From Macrostomum hystrix (Eukaryota > Animalia > Platyhelminthes), in the NCBI GenBank assembly GCA_950097015.1, contig CATNEN010000001.1, forward strand, positions 15,376,001 through 15,440,000: a DNA stretch of 64,000 bases, read 5' to 3'. The position numbers and the translations under genes were made by a program. The notes beneath the pieces are model-generated. The model did no database searches. It saw nothing but the letters and a program-made list of their open reading frames with translations, and had not been told where the DNA came from. Below are positions 12,618 to 25,087 of the stretch, piece by piece. How positions within the stretch are numbered: position 1 is the stretch's first letter; each line of letters opens with the position of its first letter.

Positions 12618-14736
12618 AAACCACAGCTCAGACTGCAGCCTGAACCATAGCTCAGACTGTAGCCTGAACCATAGCTCAGACCGTAGCCTGAACCACAGCT
12701 CAGACCGTAGCCTGAACCACAGCTCAGACCGTAGCCTGAACCATAGCTCATACCGTAGCCTGAAATATAGCTCAGACCGTAGCCTGAACCATAGCTCATA
12801 CCGTAGCCTGAACCATAGCTCAGACTGTAGCCTGAACCATAGCTCAGACTGTAGCCTGAACCATAGCTCTTACCGTAGCCTGAACCATAGCTCATACCGT
12901 AGCCTGAACCATAGCTCAGACCGTAGCCTGAACCATAGCTCAGACCGTAGCCTGAACCATAGCTCATACCGTAGCCTGAAATATAGCTCAGACCGTAGCC
13001 TGAACCATAGCTCATACCGTAGCCTGAACCATAGCTCAGACTGTAGCCTGAACCATAGCTCATACCGTAGCCTGAACCATAGCTCAGACCGTAGCCTGAA
13101 CCATAGCTCATACCGTAGCCTAAACCATAGCTCAGACCGTAGCCTGAACCACAGCTCAGACCGTAGCCTGAACCATAGCTCAGACCGTAGCCTGAACCAC
13201 AGCTCAGACCGTAGCCTGAACCACAGCTCAGACCGTAGCCTGAACCATAGCTCAGACCGTAGCCTGAAATATAGCTCAGACCGTAGCCTGAACCATAGCT
13301 CAGACCGTAGCCTGAACCACAGCTCAGACCGTAGCCTGAACCACAGCTCAGACCGTAGCCTGAACCATAGCTCAGACCGTAGCCTGAACCACAGCTCAGA
13401 CCGTAGCCTGAACCACAGCTCAGACCGTAGCCTGAACCATAGCTCAGACCGTAGCCTGAAATATAGCTCAGACCGTAGCCTGAACCATAGCTCAGACCGT
13501 AGCCTGAACCACAGCTCAGACCGTAGCCTGAACCACAGCTCAGACCGTAGCCTGAACCATAGCTCAGACCGTAGCCTGAAATATAGCTCAGACCGTAGCC
13601 TGAACCATAGCTCAGACCGTAGCCTGAACCACAGCTCAGACCGTAGCCTGAACCACAGCTCAGACCGTAGCCTGAACCATAGCTCAGACCGTAGCCTGAA
13701 CCACAGCTCAGACCGTAGCCTGAACCACAGCTCAGACCGTAGCCTGAACCACAGCTCAGACCGTAGCCTGAACCACAGCTCAGACCGTAGCCTGAACCAT
13801 AGCTCATACCGTAGCCTGAACCACAGCTCAGACCGTAGCCTGAACCACAGCTCAGACCGTAGCCTGAACCACAGCTCAGACCGTAGCCTGAACCACAGCT
13901 CAGACCGTAGCCTGAACCATAGCTCAGACCGTAGCCTGAACCACAGCTCAGACCGTAGCCTGAACCACAGCTCAGACCGTAGCCTGAACCATAGCTCAGA
14001 CCGTAGCCTGAACCACAGCTCAGACCGTAGCCTGAACCATAGCTCAGACCGTAGCCTGAACCACAGCTCAGACCGTAGCCTGAACCACAGCTCAGACCGT
14101 AGCCTGAACCATAGCTCAGACCGTAGCCTGAACCACAGCTCAGACCGTAGCCTGAACCACAGCTCAGACCGTAGCCTGAACCATAGCTCAGACCGTAGCC
14201 TGAAATATAGCTCAGACCGTAGCCTGAACCATAGCTCAGACTGTAGCCTGAACCATAGCTCTTACCGTAGCCTGAACCATAGCTCATACCGTAGCCTGAA
14301 CCATAGCTCAGACCGTAGCCTGAACCATAGCTCAGACCGTAGCCTGAACCATAGCTCAGACCGTAGCCTGAACCACAGCTCAGACCGTAGCCTGAACCAT
14401 AGCTCAGACCGTAGCCTGAACCATAGCTCATACCGTAGCCTGAACCACAGCTCAGACCGTAGCCTGAACCATAGCTCATACCGTAGCCTGAACCACAGCT
14501 CAGACCGTAGCCTGAACCACAGCTCAGACCGTAGCCTGAACCACAGCTCAGACCGTAGCCTGAACCATAGCTCAGACCGTAGCCTGAACCACAGCTCAGA
14601 CCGTAGCCTGAACCATAGCTCAGACCGTAGCCTGAACCATAGCTCAGACTGTAGCCTGAACCATAGCTCAGACCGTAGCCTGAACCACAGTTCAGACTGT
14701 AGCCTGAACCATAGCTCAGACCGTAGCCTGAACCAA
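12618..14736. repeat. 24-bp minisatellite (CCATAGCTCAGACCGTAGCCTGAA), ~88 units; reads as an open (SYGSGYGL)n frame on the minus strand
   Basis: Direct periodicity. ORF 12482-14479 lies almost wholly in the array. Confidence 0.95.
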
Positions 14737-15499
14737 AACTAGATCTGTTCCAGTAGCCCTAACTAGATCTGTTCGTCTGGCTGCCTATTCATTATTGATT
14801 GGCCGGAAATATTTTGTTTGTCTAGCAAAATTCAACAGCCAAATTGATAGCATTCAAAATGCTATTGAAGCAAACCCATTTTTAAGTTAAACAATGGTTT
14901 GGCAGAAAAGGCTTTGTCAAATTTCTTCCATTGTTGTCTCACACTCAAGCTTAGTCGATGCAGTTGAGTACACCTCTGCTCATCCTCATAGTTTTAAGCA
15001 TTTGCTTTCAATTTTCAAAAGCATTTTCTCTTAGAAGAAGTACATTGGAACCACACACTGCAAGAAGTATGGAATGTATTGCCGATTCTAAATCGCACAA
15101 CCAATTCTAACCTGTGTGCAAAAACTAATAGTACAGTGTCGAAAAACTTATTATGATGAAATCATTTGTGGAAATTACTTTTCATTTGACATCATTAATG
15201 CCAGACTATAATCCTACCCAACATGTGCGTGCCTAGCACACTAATCCATATCTTATCGATGTGAGCTGGTTAGAGTTTTTCCTAGCTGCGAGTTAATTAG
15301 ACCAGTAACAACTCGCCTTGAGCTCAAGATCTCAATTTGGATGCACACACCTGTGTGATTGAGTGCCTGTGAGCACTTTCTGTGTACCTGTGTGCTCAAA
15401 TCTGGTAGAATAAGTAGAGTCTATGGTAGTAATATTAAAAATATAGTAATTAGGCCAGATGTGCAGCTGACAGCACAGCCGCAGCTATGGCGGCGCATC

Positions 15500-15680
15500 T
15501 GAAGGCTGTGTACGGCTATTCAGTCCATGGACTGGGGGTCTACACCTTAAGTTAACCCCAGATAATGCTGGTTTATCAGCTGGGTGAACTGAAGCAGTCT
15601 AGAGGTAAATGTAAAGTGGAGTCTGGAATCGAACCCCAGACCTTCAAGTCGTGAAGCTAGGCTACAACCCCTTAGTTGCT
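15500..15680 (-). mobile_element. tRNA-derived SINE-like repeat, family B
   Basis: Minus-strand B-box GGTTCGATTCC. TTCAGTCCATGGACTGG...CAGCTGGGTGAACTG is shared with 33487-33660. Confidence 0.6.
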
Positions 15681-16127
15681 CTTCTTCTTCGAGCTTCATA
15701 TATACTCATATATAAATTCATGTATTTATACTTCCATAATGAAATGAAAAGTTTTTTATTTTTAATTAATGTCAATTTTTTAATTCATTGCAAAATTTAG
15801 GGTGTGTGAGAATGGCAAGTGAGCAGATTCCTGCTCAACTCATGTGGGCTTGAGTTGTGGGTTGCCTCTGCAGTCCCTGCCGCCCCCAACCTGCTGGCCA
15901 ATCAGTGAGCTTCAAAGTCTCCGCCGCACAATGGCCACAGTCACACACGCACAGGGCTGAGACCAATTCGCATGCCTCACCAATTATATTTAGTCATTTT
16001 CGCTCCTGTCGTGCTGTGGAGCCTCCAGAGACTGACAGAAAACTAACAAAATAAAAGTGTGCTGCTTCTAAAAGCAGAAATTGTTCTACATTCTACAACA
16101 CTTTGATCTGTATAGTATTATAAAACA

Positions 16128-19100
16128 ATGGCGGATCTGAAAAACTTTGACCAAAGCTTGGTGGCCGAATATCGAGAGGCATTCGCTCTGTTCGATAAGG
16201 ACGGTGAGTACTTTGAGATGTAGTAGGCTGGAGGCTGAAGTGTTGGCAGCAACTGCATACACACACACATACACACAAATTTGCCTTATCTTTCCTGCCA
16301 ATTACATCGCTGAACACCATTTTTGGACACCTAAAAACAATTACAGGCGACGGTTGCATCACAACAAAGGAGCTAGGCCGAGTGATGAAAGCACTGGGTC
16401 AGAATCTAACGGACGCTCAACTACAAGTGAGTGTCACTGAGCACAGTTGCTGATGTTCGAACTAAATTTAAAACTAATTCTGCACCTGTGAGACAGGAAT
16501 CTGCTAATCTGTCAGAAAGGAATCTGCTAATCTGTTAGACAGGAATCTGCTAATCTGTCAGACAGGAATCTGCTAATCTGTCAGACAGGAATCTGCTAAT
16601 CTGTCAGACAGGAATCTGCTAATCTGTCAGACAGGAAACTGCTAATCTGTCAGACAGGAATCTGCTAATCTGTCAGACAGGAATCTGCTAATCTGTCAGA
16701 CAGGAATCTGCTAATCTGTCAGACAGGAATCTGCTAATCTGTCAGACAGGAATCTGCTAATCTGTCAGACAGGAATCTGCTAATCTGTCAGACAGGAATC
16801 TGCTAATCTGTCAGACAGGAATCTGCTAATCTGTCAGACAGGAATCTGCTAATCTGTTAGACAGGAAACTGCTAATCTGTCAGACAGGAATCTGCTAATC
16901 TGTCAGACAGGAATCTGCTAATCTGTCAGACAGGAATCTGCTAATCTGTCAGACAGGAATCTGCTAATCTGTCAGACAGGAATCTGCTAATCTGTTAGAC
17001 AGGAATCTGCTAATCTATTAGACAGGAATCTGCTAATCTGTTAGACAGGAATCTGCTAATCTGTGAGACAGGAACCTGTTAGACAGGAACCTGTTAGACA
17101 GGAACCTGTTAGACAGGAACCTGTTAGACAGGAACCGGTTGAACAGGAACCCAATAGCTTTTCGAACTCACTCTCAGGACATGGTCAGCGAGGTGGACAG
17201 TGACGGCAACGGTTCCATCGAGTTCTCCGAATTTGTGGCAATGATGGAGCGAAGAAAAACGGAAGACGAATTTGCTGCGGAAATTCAGGAGACTTTCAAA
17301 GTTTTCGACCGAGATCAGGACGGGTATGAAAAAACTGAATTGGTTGTTCAATTGCCTGATCAATAATAAATCAACAGTCTGATCAATAAATCAACAGTCT
17401 GATCAATAAATCAACAGTCTGATCAATAAATCAACAGTCTGATCAATAAATCAACGGTCTGATCAATAAATCAACGTTCTGATCAATAAATCAACAGTCT
17501 GATCAATAAATTAACAGGCCGATCAATAAATCAATAGTCTGATCAATAAATCAACAGTCTGATCAATAAATCAACAGTCTGATCAATAAATCAACAGTCT
17601 GATCAATAAATCAACGGTCTGATCAATAAATCAACAGTCTGATCAATAAATCAACAGTCTGATCAATAAATAAACAGTCTGATCAATAAATCAACAGTCT
17701 GATCAATAAATTAACAGTCTGATCAATAAATCAACAGTCTGATCAATAAATCAACAGTCTGATCAATAAATTAACAGGCCGATCAATAAATCAACGGTTT
17801 GATGAATCAATAAACGGCCTGATTAATAAAATCAACAGTCTGATCAATAAATCAACAGTCTGATCAATAAATCAACAGTCTGATCAATAAATCAACAGTC
17901 TGATCAATAAATCAACAGTCTGATCAATAAATCAACAGTCTGATCAATAAATTAACAGGCCGATCAATAAATCAATAGTCTGATCGATAAATCAACAGTC
18001 TGATCAATAAATCAACAGTCTGATCAATAAATCAACAGTCTGATCAATAAATCAACGGTCTGATCAATAAATCAACAGTCTGATCAATAAATCAACAGTC
18101 TGATCAATAAATCAACAGTCTGATCAATAAATCAACAGTCTGATCAATAAATCAACAGTCTGATCAATAAATCAACAGTCTGATCAATAAATCAACAGTC
18201 TGATCAATAAATCAACAGTCTGATCAATAAATCAACAGTCTGATCAATAAATCAATAGTCTGATCGATAAATCAACAGTCTGATCAATAAATCAACAGTC
18301 TGATCAATAAATCAACAGTCTGATCAATAAATCAACGGTCTGATCAATAAATCAACAGTCTGATCAATAAATCAACAGTCTGATCAATAAATCAACAGTC
18401 TGATCAATAAATCAACAGTCTGATCAATAAATCAACAGTCTGATCAATAAATCAACAGTCTGATCAATAAATCAACAGTCTGATCAATAAATCAACAGTC
18501 TGATCAATAAATCAACAGTCTGATCAATAAATCAACGGTCTGATCAATAAATCAACAGTCTGATCAATAAATCAACAGTCTGATCAATAAATCAACAGTC
18601 TGATCAATAAATCAACAGTCTGATCAATAAATCAACAGTCTGATCAATAAATCAACAGTCTGATCAATAAATCAACAGTCTGATCAATAAATCAACAGTC
18701 TGATCAATAAATCAACGGTCTGATCAATAAATCAACAGTCTGATCAATAAATCAACAGTCTGATCAATAAATCAACAGTCTGATCAATAAATCAACAGTC
18801 TGATCAATAAATCAACAGTCTGATCAATAAATCAACAGTCTGATCAATAAATCAACAGTCTGATCAATAAATCAACAGTCTGATCAATAAATCAACAGTC
18901 TGATCAATAAATCAACAGTCTGATCAATAAATCAACGGTTTGATCAATAAATCAACAGTCTGATCAATAAATTAACAGGCCGATCAATAAATCAACGGTT
19001 TGATGAATCAATAAACGGCCTGATTAATAAAATCAACAGAGTATTCAATCAATCAATGCTCTAATCGATCAATCAACGCTCTAATCGATCAATCAATCAA

Positions 19101-19305
19101 CACTCCAATCAATCAATCAAAAACCCGCAGATTTATCAGTCCGGCAGAGCTCCGTCTTGTTCTTGGCAACCTTGGCGTGAAACTCACCGACCAAGAAGCC
19201 GCAGAAATGATTGCCCAGGCCGACTATAACAAAGACGGCCTGGTTGACTTTGACGAATTCTACAAAATGATGAAGACTAGAAACCCGCCAAAGTTGCGCA
19301 GGTGA
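16128..19305 (+). CDS. Calmodulin-like protein, 158 aa, 4 EF-hands; exons 16128-16203, 16347-16426, 17178-17323, 19131-19305
   Basis: The spliced GT-AG frame is open. EF loops [36 protein letters not shown] and [12 protein letters not shown], plus an [10 protein letters not shown] motif. Too divergent to be canonical calmodulin. Confidence 0.92.
16487..17150. repeat. 23-bp minisatellite (AGACAGGAATCTGCTAATCTGTC) in intron 2 of the calmodulin-like gene
   Basis: Period of 23, decaying into shorter AGACAGGAACCTGTT units near the acceptor. Confidence 0.95.
17357..19040. repeat. 20-bp minisatellite (GATCAATAAATCAACAGTCT) filling intron 3 of the calmodulin-like gene
   Basis: Period of 20, ~84 units. 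Confidence 0.97.
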
Positions 19306-19642
19306 CCCAATCTGTACAGTGACAGTGCGTTTCATTCAATTGTGGGGATCAGAAAATGATATTTTTTTGTTTCCGGTTGCCCTTCTGCTGAAAAAAACTT
19401 GTTGTGTTTTAAACATATCTTCCTCGAATTTCCAAATACTGCATTCCAGCACCAAAATGGTACTAGATTGTTTTGACGTTATAAAAGGCAAGCCAAGAAA
19501 AGCCTATCAGATTGAAAAATTTCGTTCAGATAGAAAATAAACCTAAACAAACATTTCGAGCTACTTTTCAGTTTTCAGTAGAGTAGTGCGCGAATCGTCT
19601 CATTTATCTTATTTGTAAAATACGATGATTAGCTGCTTTATC

Positions 19643-20830
19643 TGAGTCAGGAGATTGTGTTCTGACTGAACTGTCATTGAGTCATGAGATTGTGTTCTGA
19701 CTGAACTGTCATTGAGTCATGAGATTGTGGTCTGACTGAACTGTCATTGAGTCATGAGATTGTGGTCTGACTGAACTGTCATTGAGTCATGAGATTGTGT
19801 TCTGACTGAACTGTCATTGAGTCAGGAGATTGTGTTCTGACTGAACTGTCATTGAGTCAGGAGATTGTGTTCTGACTGAACTGTCATTGAGTCATGAGAT
19901 TGTGGTCTGACTGAACTGTCATTGAGTCATGAGATTGTGGTCTGACTGAACTGTCATTGAGTCATGAGATTGTGTTCTGACTGAACTGTCATTGAGTCAG
20001 GAGATTGTGTTCTGACTGAACTGTCATTGAGTCATGAGATTGTGGTCTGACTGAACTGTCATTGAGTCATGAGATTGTGTTCTGACTGAACTGTCATTGA
20101 GTAAGGAGATTGTGTTCTGACTGAACTGTCATTGAGTCATGAGATTGTGTTCTGACTGAACTGTCATTGAGTCATGAGATTGTGTTCTGACTGAACTGTC
20201 ATTGAGTCATGAGATTGTGTTCTGACTGAACTGTCATTGAGTCATGAGATTGTGTTCTGACTGAACTGTCATTGAGTCATGAGATTGTGGTCTGACTGAA
20301 CTGTCATTGAGTCATGAGATTGTGTTCTGACTGAACTGTCATTGAGTCATGAGATTGTGTTCTGACTGAACTGTCATTGAGTCATGAGATTGTGTTCTGA
20401 CTGAACTGTCATTGAGTCATGAGATTGTGTTCTGACTGAACTGTCATTGAGTCATGAGATTGTGTTCTGACTGAACTGTCATTGAGTCATGAGATTGTGT
20501 TCTGACTGAACTGTCATTGAGTCAGGAGATTGTGTTCTGACTGAACTGTCATTGAGTCATGAGATTGTGTTCTGACTGAACTGTCATTGAGTCATGAGAT
20601 TGTGTTCTGACTGAACTGTCATTGAGTCATGAGATTGTGTTCTGACTGAACTGTCATTGAGTCATGAGATTGTGTTCTGACTGAACTGTCATTGAGTCAT
20701 GAGATTGTGTTCTGACTGAACTGTCATTGAGTCATGAGATTGTGTTCTGACTGAACTGTCATTGAGTCAGGAGATTGTGGTCTGACTGAACTGTCATTGA
20801 GTCAGGAGATTGTCATTGAGTCTGACTGAT
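19643..20830. repeat. 35-bp minisatellite (TGAGTCATGAGATTGTGTTCTGACTGAACTGTCAT), ~33 units
   Basis: Period of 35 (GTCATGAG at 19681 and 19716). Confidence 0.97.
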
Positions 20831-21179
20831 TAGATCTTTTTTACTTCTTTATAGGCAAATTTCTGAATTTATTAATTTAATTCTTAGTTTTAGACCAACG
20901 AATTTCATTGAAAACGACACAGTGACATTTATAAGTAAGAATTAAGGTGACAAACAATGGAAAATCGGCCGCAATCTAGATTGCGAAGCTAAAACGCGTC
21001 TGATCCTTTCTCCAGCGTCCTGAGGTCCTCAGTTCGAGCACGCTACGAAGTCACATTAATTTGGGGTGTCGCAACAGAGAGAAGGCTCGGGGGTTTTTCG
21101 AAAAATTTTCTGACAACCTCAAAACACAATGCGTGTGTACAACGAGGGTCAATCAATCACCTGCGTGTAGGTTTGCACT

Positions 21180-24100
21180 GAAGCCGCAGTGATTGGTGGA
21201 ACAGAAGCCACAGTGATTAGTGGAACAGAAGCCACAGTGATTGGTGGAACAGAAGCCACAGTGATTAATAGAACAGAAGCCACAGTGATTGGTGGAACAG
21301 AAGCCACAGTGATTGGTGGAACAGAAGCCACAGTGATTGGTGGAACAGAAGCTACAGTGATTAATAGAACAGAAGCCACAGTGATTGGTGGAACAGAAGC
21401 CACAGTGATTGTTGGAACAGAAGCCGCAGTGATTGGTGGAACAGAAGCCACAGTGATTGTTGGAACAGAAGCCGCAGTGATTGGTGGAACAGAAGCCACA
21501 GTGATTGGTGGAACAGAAGCCACAGTGATTGGTGGAACAGAAGCCACAGTGATTGGTGGAACAGAAGCCACAGTGATTGGTGGAACAGAAGCCACAGTGA
21601 TTGTTGGAACAGAAGCCGCAGTGATTGGTGGAACAGAAGCCACAGTGATTGTTGGAACAGAAGCCGCAGTGATTGGTGGAACAGAAGCTACAGTGATTAA
21701 TAGAACAGAAGCCACAGTGATTGGTGGAACAGAAGCCACAGTGATTGGTCGAACAGAAGCCACAGTGATTGTTGGAACAGAAGCTACAGTGATTAATAGA
21801 ACAGAAGCCACAGTGATTGGTGGAACAGAAGCCACAGTGATTGGTGGAACAGAAGCTACAGTGATTAATAGAACAGAAGCCACAGTGATTGGTGGAACAG
21901 AAGCCACAGTGATTGTTGGAACAGAAGCCGCAGTGATTGGTGGAACAGAAGCCACAGTGATTGTTGGAACAGAAGCCGCAGTGATTGGTGGAACAGAAGC
22001 CACAGTGATTGGTGGAACAGAAGCCACAGTGATTGGTGGAACAGAAGCCACAGTGATTGGTGGAACAGAAGCCACAGTGATTGGTGGAACAGAAGCCACA
22101 GTGATTGTTGGAACAGAAGCCGCAGTGATTGGTGGAACAGAAGCCACAGTGATTGTTGGAACAGAAGCCGCAGTGATTGGTGGAACAGAAGCTACAGTGA
22201 TTAATAGAACAGAAGCCACAGTGATTGGTGGAACAGAAGCCACAGTGATTGGTCGAACAGAAGCCACAGTGATTGTTGGAACAGAAGCTACAGTGATTAA
22301 TAGAACAGAAGCCACAGTGATTGGTGGAACAGAAGCCACAGTGATTGGTGGAACAGAAGCCACAGTGATTGTTGGAACAGAAGCCACAGTGATTGGTGGA
22401 ACAGAAGCTACAGTGATTAATAGAACAGAAGCCACAGTGATTGGTGGAACAGAAGCCACAGTGATTGTTGGAACAGAAGCCACAGTGATTAATAGAACAG
22501 AAGCCACAGTGATTGGTGGAACAGAAGCCACAGTGATTGGTGGAACAGAAGCCACAGTGATTGTTGGAACAGAAGCCACAGTGATTGGTGGAACAGAAGC
22601 CACAGTGATTGGTGGAACAGAAGCCACAGTGATTGTTGGAACAGAAGCCGCAGTGATTGGTGGAACAGAAGCTACAGTGATTAATAGAACAGAAGCCACA
22701 GTGATTGGTGGAACAGAAGCCACAGTGATTGGTCGAACAGAAGCCACAGTGATTGTTGGAACAGAAGCTACAGTGATTAATAGAACAGAAGCCACAGTGA
22801 TTGGTGGAACAGAAGCCACAGTGATTGGTGGAACAGAAGCCACAGTGATTGTTGGAACAGAAGCCACAGTGATTGGTGGAACAGAAGCTACAGTGATTAA
22901 TAGAACAGAAGCCACAGTGATTGGTGGAACAGAAGCCACAGTGATTGTTGGAACATAAGCTACAGTGATTAATAGAACAGAAGCCACAGTGATTGGTGGA
23001 ACAGAAGCCACAGTGATTGGTGGAACAGAAGCCACAGTGATTGTTGGAACAGAAGCCACAGTGATTGGTGGAACAGAAGCCACAGTGATTGTTGGAACAG
23101 AAGCTACAGTGATTAATAGAACAGAAGCCACAGTGATTGGTGGAACAGAAGCCACAGTGATTGGTGGAACAGAAGCCGCAGTGATTGGTGGAACAGAGCC
23201 ACAGTGATTGTTGGAACAGAAGCCACAGTGATTGATAGAACAGAAGCCACAGTGATTGTTGGAACAGAAGCTACAGTGATTGATAGAACAGAAGCCACAG
23301 TGATTGGTGGAACAGAAGCCACAGTGATTGATAGAACAGAAGCCACAGTGATTGATAGAACAGAAGCCACAGTGATTGGTGGAACAGAAGCCACAGTGAT
23401 TGGTGGAACAGAAGCCGCAGTGATTGGTGGAACAGAAGCCACAGTGATTGGTGGAACAGAAGCCACAGTGATTGGTGGAACAGAAGCCACAGTGATTGGT
23501 GGAACAGAAGCCACAGTGATTGGTGGAACAGAAGCCACAGTGATTGGTGGAACAGAAGCCACAGTGATTGTTGGAACAGAAGCTACAGTGATAAATAGAA
23601 CAGAAGCCACAGTGATTGATAGAACAGAAGCCACAGTGATAAATAGAACAGAAGCCACAGTGATTGATAGAACAGAAGCCACAGTGATTGATGGAACAGA
23701 AGCCACAGTGATTGGTGGAACAGAAGCCACAGTGATTGATAGAACAGAAGCCACAGTGATTGGTGGAACAGAAGCCACAGTGATTGGTGGAACAGAAGCC
23801 GCAGTGATTGATGGAACAGAAGCCACAGTGATTGATAGAACAGAAGCCACAGTGATTGGTGGAACAGAAGCTACAGTGATTAATAGAACAGAAGCCACAG
23901 TGATTGGTGGAACAGAAGCCACAGTGATTGATAGAACAGAAGCCACAGTGATTGGTGGAACAGAAGCCACAGTGATTGGTGGAACAGAAGCCACAGTGAT
24001 TGATAGAACAGAAGCCACAGTGATAAATAGAACAGAAGCCACAGTGATTGATAGAACAGAAGCCACAGTGATTGATGGAACAGAAGCCGCAGTGATTGAT

Positions 24101-24437
24101 GGAACAGAAGCCACAGTGATTGATGGAACAGAAGCCACAGTGATTGTTGGAACAGAAGCTACAGTGATAAATAGAACAGAAGCCACAGTGATTGATAGAA
24201 CAGAAGCCACAGTGATAAATAGAACAGAAGCCACAGTGATTGATAGAACAGAAGCCACAGTGATTGATGGAACAGAAGCCACAGTGATTGGTGGAACAGA
24301 AGCTACAGTGATAAATAGAACAGAAGCCACAGTGATTGATAGAACAGAAGCCACAGTGATTGATGGAACAGAAGCCGCAGTGATTGATAGAACAGAAGCC
24401 ACAGTGATTGATAGAACAGAAGCCACAGTGATTGATA
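21180..24437. repeat. 24-bp minisatellite (GAAGCCACAGTGATTGGTGGAACA), ~135 units
   Basis: Direct periodicity. A stop variant at ~22956 and a 1-bp deletion at ~23197 break the spurious ORFs. Confidence 0.97.
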
Positions 24438-25087
24438 CATTCTGTACCCATTTTACAGGGACTGCAACGGCTAGGAATTTTGGAATCTATGACCCTAACC
24501 TATAACCCTCATATGTGTGCTTGGTCAAAATTTTGTCACATGTTGAAGCTCTGAACGCATAAGTACAGGTTCCCGTTATCCTGAACAAAAGACAATGGCT
24601 AACAAAGTAACAAGCTCGAACAGAAGTTCGACAATATTTTCTACCAAATAGTTTGAAATTTGAAGCTAGAAATATTTCAGCGACAAGCATAATATTCTCG
24701 TTTATTGATCTTTTAAAGGCTCTATGATAGCACAGGCTCTGAATATTTAGTATCAGGGAATATCTAAGGTACAAAACTATTGATAAAATTGTACTTTCGA
24801 CTCATAAAAAATAGAGCTATAAAATTGTTTTTCTTAGAAGGTAAATAAAAATCAGAATGCTCCGTAAAATGGACTATGCCAACAACTAGCAAAGACTCGG
24901 ACGAATACTTACTCAAACTATTTACCAAGAGGTTCATATGCGCTAAAAGATAGTAAGTAGGATTATTAGGATTAGTTAAGTAGAACAAGAAAGTAGAAGC
25001 CCAATAGTGTACAAGCGTACAATTTTGTTTCTCTCAAAGAAGTTAGTAACCCTATAAATTACTCAACTAGGCTTTCAGGTAACAGCA

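Noticed and set aside
21149-24505. 1100-aa NHCGFCS / ITVASVPP / TEATVIGG proteins (metal-binding or mucin-like)
   Set aside because: They come from a 24-bp array that is open in multiple frames, has an internal stop and a 1-bp indel, and has no unique domains or signal peptide.
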